From Octopus vulgaris (taxonomy: Eukaryota), in NCBI GenBank assembly GCA_951406725.2, contig OX597814.1, positions 160,332,001 through 160,396,000 on the forward strand: DNA of 64,000 nucleotides. The letters are read 5' to 3'. The notes below the pieces were generated by a model that saw nothing but the letters and a program-made list of their open reading frames with translations, searched no databases and had not been told where the DNA came from. A program made the position numbers and the translations under genes. Shown here one piece after another: positions 56,602-64,000 of this stretch. Numbering within the stretch: the stretch's first letter is position 1; each line of letters starts with the position of its first letter.

Positions 56602-56938
56602 CGGGGGGACCCCCTTCGGTTACAACACTGACCATGGGATTGCACCTAGAAAGTTACCCTCCTAGTCACAAGTCTGGGCAAGGTGGTTTATGGAAGACCA
56701 GCAGTCGCCCATGCATACCGGCCTCCCCTCTCCACGCCACCAGTGTTATCCAAAGGAAAGGCAAAGGCCGATACAGATTGGCACCCGTGACGTCGCAACT
56801 CATTTTTACAGCTGAGTGAACTGGAGCAACGCGAAATAAAGTGTCTTGCTCAAGAACACAACACGCAGCCCGGTCCGGGATTCGAGCTCACAACCTCACG
56901 ATCGTAAGCTCAACGCTCTAACCACTGAGCCATGCGCT
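56602..56938 (-). mobile_element. SINE family B head with a different 3' tail, inside (CATA)n
   Basis: Head matches 22667-22820; tail unrelated to 11230-11345; (CATA)n on both sides. Confidence 0.85.
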
Positions 56939-57320
56939 TTCACTACATACATACATACATACGTACATACATACATACATACATACATACATACATACAT
57001 ACATACATACATACATACATACATACATACACACACATACACACACAATTCTTGAATAAGAAGTTGGTGACAACGACTTCGAAGTTTTGGCCATTTAAGA
57101 CATTGTCGGACAACAGTAACACAGAGTTAGTCTTGCCATTAAGAATAATAAATTTGTACTCTACCAAAAAGTATCCAGTGACCCGTCAGATTAATGTAAA
57201 ACTGTTTTTCTTATGAGTGAACATAAAAACAAACAAACAAGCACACACATATATATATATATAATAATGTAACTAATTATAGTTGAATTATGTACTTAAA
57301 TTGAGGCACCTTGCTAGGTT

Positions 57321-57376
<56 letters not shown>

Positions 57377-57678
57377 AGTGTGTGTGTATATATGCATATA
57401 TATATATATACATATGTACATATATATATATATACATATATATACATATATATATATATACATACATATATATATACACACATATATATATACAACTACT
57501 TTCTGAGATCACAGGAGTATCTGGATCTGATAGAATGAAACTACTACACATCCCATAGAATCTACTCGTGATAGCGAATCTCCAAAGATCATTAAAGAGA
57601 AAGTTTCTATTTCGTGGTTCGACAAGTTAAAATTGGTAGCCAAATTTCTTTCAAATTACACCACATAAATCATACTGA

Positions 57679-57872
57679 TTTCAATTTTTGGCACAAGGCC
57701 AGCAATTTCAGGAGAGCGGGTAAGCCGAATACATCGACTCTCGTGCTCAACTGCTACTTATTCTATCGATCCCGAAAGATCGATAAAATAAGTACCAGTT
57801 GAGCACTAAGGTCGATGTAATCGATTTGAGCCCCCACCTCCGAAACTGCTGCCCTTGTGCCAAAAATTGAAA
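57679..57872. mobile_element. Palindrome made of two SINE family C 3' halves
   Basis: TTTCAATTTTTGGCACAAGG...ATCGATC-CCGAAA-GATCGAT...CCTTGTGCCAAAAATTGAAA. Confidence 0.88.
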
Positions 57873-58822
57873 ACCATATCTATTTCATTAAGGGATTAGT
57901 AATTATTTTTAGAGGTACCTTACATAAACAATATCCTGTAAGGTACTGTTGGATGAAGAATCCCCTTCCGCCATTAAGTTATTGTTATATATTGTATTAA
58001 CTTCCCTCTCCATCTTCCAGCAAGATTAATTTAACACAACTATTAAACTTTTGAAACCATTAGTTGGTGCTGCCGTTGTTGTTATTGCAGTTGTTGTTGT
58101 TTTCGTGTTATTATTGTTTTGTTTTTGTGCTTGTAGTATTTGTTTTCAAACCGTAGTGGTGGTGGTGGAAATGTTGTTCAGCCTCAGGTCAGCCCTAGTT
58201 ACACAACAAAAAACATTGCAATGTTGACGATGCCATCATATTTAAAATGTGTCATCATTTTTTAAAGCCAGTACAGCTGTACGTGGTATGGAGATGTAGC
58301 TGCTACTTCTAGCAGACCTATCAACAACTTTGGTGCTTTTTCGCTGACTTATACTGATGCTTTTTTTGTTGTTTTTTCTTTTGTCTTTTTGAATAATCAT
58401 ATTTTTGAGTATAAACCATTTGTAGAACTGTGACCGGATTACAAAGTAATAGCCTGTCTCCCACAACTCGGTCATCGTGAAATAGTAGTCAATATCCCGC
58501 AAAGCTCACAGTACCAGCTTTAAAATGGTTGTGTTGGATAATGTAGTCTCGGGGTAGATTATTTATGAAAATAAGACGAGATGATCCCTGCTTGGACATA
58601 TTTCATCGTATTTAGTAAGCGGCACCTGGGAGGTTAAACAGCAACGAGAACAACAGTGATGATGACTACGACGACGACAACAGAAAGAACCACGAAAAAT
58701 ACTCAGTGAGTACACTGGGTGGATGGAAGGAGTCTTATGTCAGTCATTGACTTGACTAAACTTTGACAGAAAATTCAGTCAAACGTCATTTAAACTGATC
58801 TTGTCAATAACTGAATATTCGT

Positions 58823-59125
58823 TTTAAATTTTGGCACAAGGCCAGCAGATTCGGAGGAAGGGGTTAAGTCAATTACATCGACCCCAGTGTTTAACTGGTA
58901 CTTATTTTATCGACCCCGAAAGGATGAAAGGATGAAAGGATGAAAGGAGGAAGGGGTTAAGTCAATTACATCGACCCAGTGTTTAACTGGTACTCATTTT
59001 ATCGACCCCGAAAGGATGAAAGCAAAGCCGATCACATGGGGAATTTGAACTCAGAACGTAATGATGGACGAAATGCTGCTAAGCATAACGATGTTGTGAT
59101 AACGATTCTGCTAGCTCGCCACCTT
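58823..59125 (-). mobile_element. SINE family C with an internal tandem duplication
   Basis: 58853-58930 repeated at 58946-59022 with GGATGAAA triplicated at the junction. Confidence 0.85.
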
Positions 59126-59258
59126 TCTATAACTGATTATTAACAGATAAAGTAATTGTTTGTAGCAGACTGGTACAAATTCATAATTACTACACTACAA
59201 TGAAGAAAAATACGCTCTCTCGTGTCAGCTTGCAGCGCTGCCTTGTTGTCCGGTTTCT

Positions 59259-59297
59259 GTGCCTGAAGAGGAGATAACTACTCCGAAATGCATGCAC
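59259..59297 (+). ncRNA. Minimal hammerhead motif, cleavage nucleotide apparently deleted
   Basis: GTGC CTGAAGA GGAG-ATAACTA-CTCC GAAA TGCA T GCAC; stems I and II perfect, palindromic loop TGCA. Confidence 0.75.
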
Positions 59298-59491
59298 TTT
59301 TTAGCCTGTTCAGGTGGCGCTGCGAGCTGATTCGGTGTATTCACACCTATTTGGAGAAACACTGTGACAAAACACTGTGACTGATTTTCTTACGGGTTTG
59401 AATATCTCTGAAGCATACTTGAACTGGTAGTATTTATACACATCAATGTTGAGCGCTGTCATCCACTATCACTAAGAATTGTTCAAACACA

Positions 59492-59526
<35 letters not shown>

Positions 59527-60157
59527 GCACACGCACACACACACACATACACACACAAATGCAATCACACACGCAATGCCTTGATCCATCTCTATCGAGA
59601 TCCAGTTATGTTCTTTAAGTTTAATTCTTCCACTCAACTCATTCACTAACCTTCTGCATACTCATCTTTCTATGCCCTTCTTTACCATTTACTCTCATTC
59701 ACTCTCATTCACTAGCTTCTCTCACTCACTCTACCTCCCTCTTTCTCACTCTTTCTTTCGCTTTATTCCCATCTCTCTTCTTTGTAGTACTCATAATGTA
59801 CATTTAGTATACAAAATATAATAGTATGTCGTTAATCCCCAGGCCAATGTGAAGGCTCAGATCTACGATCAAACTCAATTCAGACACAATAATCTGGTGT
59901 TTTCGGTGATATTAATGTTGCATTATTGAACGTAGTATGCCCTTCGTTTTTTTGTTTTTTTTTACGACGGCGATGTTTGAGTTACTTTCGGAATATCTAT
60001 CTACTATCGAATGACGTCATTCAACCAATTAGACAAAAAGTTCAACAAAGGAAGAAATTTTATACCGTGTGGGTACTCTTTATTTTACTATTTGTCGACA
60101 GAGATCATCATTAGTTTCCTAGGATTCAACTGTTTTATTATTTAATATGATAAACGC

Positions 60158-61030
60158 AACTGGCTGGCAGAATCATTGGCACACCGGAAAAATGCTTAGC
60201 TGCATTTCTTCCGGCTCTTCATGTTCTGTGTTTGAATACTGCCAAGATCAACTATGCCTTTCATTCGTCGCGTCGACAAAATAAGTACCAGTCAAATACT
60301 GGGGCCGTTGTAATTGATTAACACCCTTTTATACCCAAAATTGCTGGCCTTGAAACAAAAATAAAACTAAGGTCGGAATTTGGCGAAAACTAAGTCTGTT
60401 GTTTGATCTCTGATATTAAGTATTGAGTCTGTGATAAAGTTTCACACAAACTATATATATTTTTATATATATGTATATGGCGGTGGTGGTGTATGGCCAT
60501 CAACTTCTGATTGAGTTATGACGGGTGGAGGGCGTCATGACATAAAGGATCTCCTATTCATTTTAACCCTGTGAGACACTATCCCTCTTCTGGTCTGATC
60601 ACAGATAATTTTTTTAATTTAAGGGAAAGAGAAGAAACTATCCCATTACTTGATTAGTTCATTATTTATCGACTCCGAGAGAGAAAAAAATGCAAAACTG
60701 ATCTTTGCAGAGTTGAACTCAAAGCGCAGGGAACTAGAACACTGCAAAGAATTCTTTTCGATGCTCTAACGGTCTTGCCAATCAACCACCTTATGCTGGA
60801 AGATATAGATTCAACTCTATTTCTATAACTTTCAACAAAAATAATCTAAGAGCAGTCGGTGACTGAATCGCCAGCATGTCGAACAGGGTACTTTGTGTTA
60901 TTTGTTCTGGCTACTTACATTCTGCTTTCATACCTTGGAAAGGTAACCGTTTCCCTTCATTTTTTTTCCGAGGTCGATAAATATAGTACCAGGACCAATC
61001 AATAATTGAGATCGATTTAATCAACTATAA
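60158..61030. mobile_element. Cluster of three diverged SINE family C copies (about 60158-60360 plus, 60610-60792 minus, 60855-61030 plus)
   Basis: GCAGAATCATTGGCAC.CCGG.AAAATGCTTAGC, GCCTTTCATTC and GGTCGATAAA..AGTACCAG motifs. Confidence 0.65.
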
Positions 61031-61298
61031 ACAAAAACACTTGGAGTCCATAAGGTGGACCAATGTTGACTACAACTGCATTCTGGAAATTCCTGCAAAC
61101 CACAGGTGCCAAAAATGGAGAATTATAAATGTTAAACAGCAGATATGAGCAAAATATTAATCTTGATATATAGAGTTGTTCTTTTACCTAAGTCAACCAA
61201 GAATCGGACCAATAATATAAAACTATCCAACCGGTGTTGTTTCTTTATATCGGGGACCGTTTTCCTTTTTCAAGATGGTAGAGTGTGACATGATAGAG

Positions 61299-61564
61299 TA
61301 GTGGTTCTCAAACATTTTTTTGTCTATGGGCCCCTATAATACCTATTTTAGTCGTATGTTTTCACATAGCCATTTAATATTTAAAAATCTTATAATAATT
61401 TTATAATTAAATATTAATTAAATATTATTAGGAATTGTATAAAAAATTGCTAAAATACTGTGTATTGTAGAAATATAACCAATTTATTGCAGATAAATTT
61501 AACAACAAAATCTTATATGGACCCTATCTCCAATGGTCTTATGGACCCCGGTTGAGAACCAATG
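61299..61564. mobile_element. hAT (Charlie-like) MITE, copy 2
   Basis: TIR TAGTGGTTCTCAA / GTTGAGAACCAATG; decayed TSD TGATAGAG/TAATAGAA; interior is the reverse complement of 26864-27124. Confidence 0.82.
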
Positions 61565-62430
61565 TAATAGAATCTTGCATGTTAGTTTCAGAAATCATGC
61601 AGAAGCTCCTTTGTCAGCTGATGATATAATGAATTCATTTGTCCTATCTCCTATCATATTTGCGAACAGATTGCAAAATACTTAATCCAGTACTACCAAA
61701 TGATAATAAATGTTACCAGATCCAGAGTTGAGAAGCATACTCAGAGCATTCTTAAAAACTAAATAATAGCTAAAACTTAGCTATTAGCAACGGAAGCCAA
61801 GTTGGGAAAATGATAATCTCCTGATGGATTCATCACAAAACTTTTGAAAATCTTCAGATCCTTTCATAATGAAATTGAATTGCTTTTTGTTGTTGTTTTA
61901 GCCATATATTGTCCCTGATTGAACGAACATGTCATTATCAAAGGCGTTCATGTCATATTCAAGTCGACTTTATTCCAGACATAATTCATTAAGGACTACA
62001 CTATCATATGTATCCTTTCTCAAGACGATAGGATCTGGATTGAGGCAGATTTGTCTACGCTGTCAAACAGGATCAAACAGACTCGAAAGAAAATCGACCT
62101 CTCTAATCTGAGTGAGAACTTAATGAGATATATGAGGAAATTGAGAAATGGACGATATTCTAAGTAATAGAGTAATATTCAGAGTAGTTTGCAGAATGTA
62201 TAGTAGCATATATGCTGCAAAAATGTCAATCCAGTCAAGCATCTGACATAGAATAGTGACTGAGCATTGTTAGCATTCGTTCTACGTTATTTATTCTGAA
62301 CTCGTGACAGAGATTCGGCGTGTAGTGATATCTTTGTTGTCCGCAACATTGTCTTGAATTCTGTGCAACATTTTAAAAACATTTCTGCTGATCATTTAAT
62401 ATCTGCAAACTCGATATACTTTTTAAACAG

Positions 62431-62585
62431 GTATGGTTGTGTGGTAAAAGGTAAAAAAAAAAGAAAAAGTTCAGTTTCGAATTCGATCTCTCAGAGTGAC
62501 GCACAGGACAAGTCTGTTCTATCAAAGTTTCGAGTGGACAACATATTTGTGAATGAAATTAGTTGATAGAAACTGCTTCAAAGCT
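62431..62585 (+). mobile_element. Strongly diverged SINE family A head
   Basis: TGGTTGTGTGGTAA...TTGTGAATGAAATTAGTTGATAGAAACTG. Confidence 0.45.
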
Positions 62586-64000
62586 GCCGAATGGCCACAT
62601 CCTTTTCTTCTTACCTGTAAAACATAATCCGTTACCCTGATTAACATTACGAATGGACCCGTGGCTACCTTTGATTGGAGTCCACTCCATTAAAAACATT
62701 TAGGCCCTGTCTCTTATCTGAGAATAATCACACCAGTTTCGCCGGTCCTGGAAAGAGAAAAGAGTGTTTCCTTTCCTCTTCTGGCTAAGCTAAGTAATGA
62801 GCATTTTTTAAATGTCTCAGATAGCAACTATTTACTCAGATATGTTTATAGAGAAATTTTCTATTTAAGTATATATCAAATGTCTTTTTTTTTTCTCTTT
62901 TTCCTTTATCGCAAAGTGACGAGAATTTGTGATTTCAGCTTTAATTCACTATAATCAGTCTTGTAAAAATAATTTATCCCGTTTGGAATGATTGATGGAA
63001 CTTTGGTAGAGTTAATTAGTTTAATATTAACAAGCCTAATGATTTGTATCAGAGCGATGGCATTGACCGCTGAAGTATTTTAAAAAGTCGTGCGTTTTAA
63101 CCCGAAGTATTTCTTTAAATTTAATTGCGAGAATTATCACTATGTATGTATATGTGTATAAATATACATATATATGCGTGTGTGTATATATATATGTGTG
63201 TGTGTGTGTGTACGTATATGTATGTATATGTATATGTGTTTGAGTGTGTGTGTGTGTATGTGTGTGTGTATGTGTGCATGTGTAGTTGTTGTACATGGTT
63301 TGTCTTGAGAATGTAGTATTTTAACGGAAATGAAGGTGTTATAATATGATATTTGTTTCTACTTCGCTGTATTTTAAATTTAGCACTCGTATATAGAGGG
63401 ATATGTGCTAATTATTGCGTACATAAATGATTTTATGCAGAAAATAAGAATATTTTCCACTCACACAATTATCCTGACTATATATGTATGTGTGTGTAAG
63501 TTTGTATATTATTGCATATCAGTGAGTGTATTTGTAAATATGGATATCAGTTTCTCGGTACTTACTGAATTCTTTCAGATGATGATGGAACGAAAGAATA
63601 ATTTCCAAAGTATTAAAAATTTTAATATTTCTTCTGAGATTGAAATTTCGAGAACTTTCGAACAAAAACAGGAGTTCTTGTTCTTCTTTCATTCCATTGC
63701 TAGAAGAACGAGGTTTTTTTTTTTAAGAAAAAAAAAGACAAAAGCAAAAGAAAAAAGACAAGAAAATGTTGGACAAAGGAAACCATTGAATGAAGTCCAG
63801 CGATGTTTACATGAATAGGCCGTTAATAAGAGGTAATATCGTAGAAAACACGATGTCATACCACGACCGACACTCTTTAAATGTCAACGAATGAACAAAA
63901 ACCGGGGAAAAAATGTATACGTCATATTTTATTTGTCCAAAGGTCAAGTTAAAATCTTCAGAGAGGATATAAGAAGTAAAAAATGTCAAAGACAATATCA

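Overview
This is AT-rich, microsatellite-saturated eukaryotic DNA. Repeat content and SINE style suggest an octopus or other coleoid cephalopod genome (inference). I find no host protein-coding exon; nearly all ORF-track entries are translations of (TA)n, (CA)n, (CATA)n, (AGAT)n or (TAA)n runs. The window is a transposon graveyard containing: Penelope-like elements (PLE; RT and GIY-YIG fragments); four restriction-like-endonuclease LINE fragments (three R4/Dong-like, one HERO-like); a decayed RTE-like LINE; three tRNA-SINE-like families in many copies; three mariner-type MITEs; and two hAT-type MITEs. The most notable signal is about 15 hammerhead-ribozyme-like motifs of the minimal type I PLE kind, ranging from intact to degenerate. 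They include three palindromic elements whose two arms are each a divergently oriented hammerhead, and one motif with a compensatory G3-C8 core swap. All structures were folded by eye and are untested.
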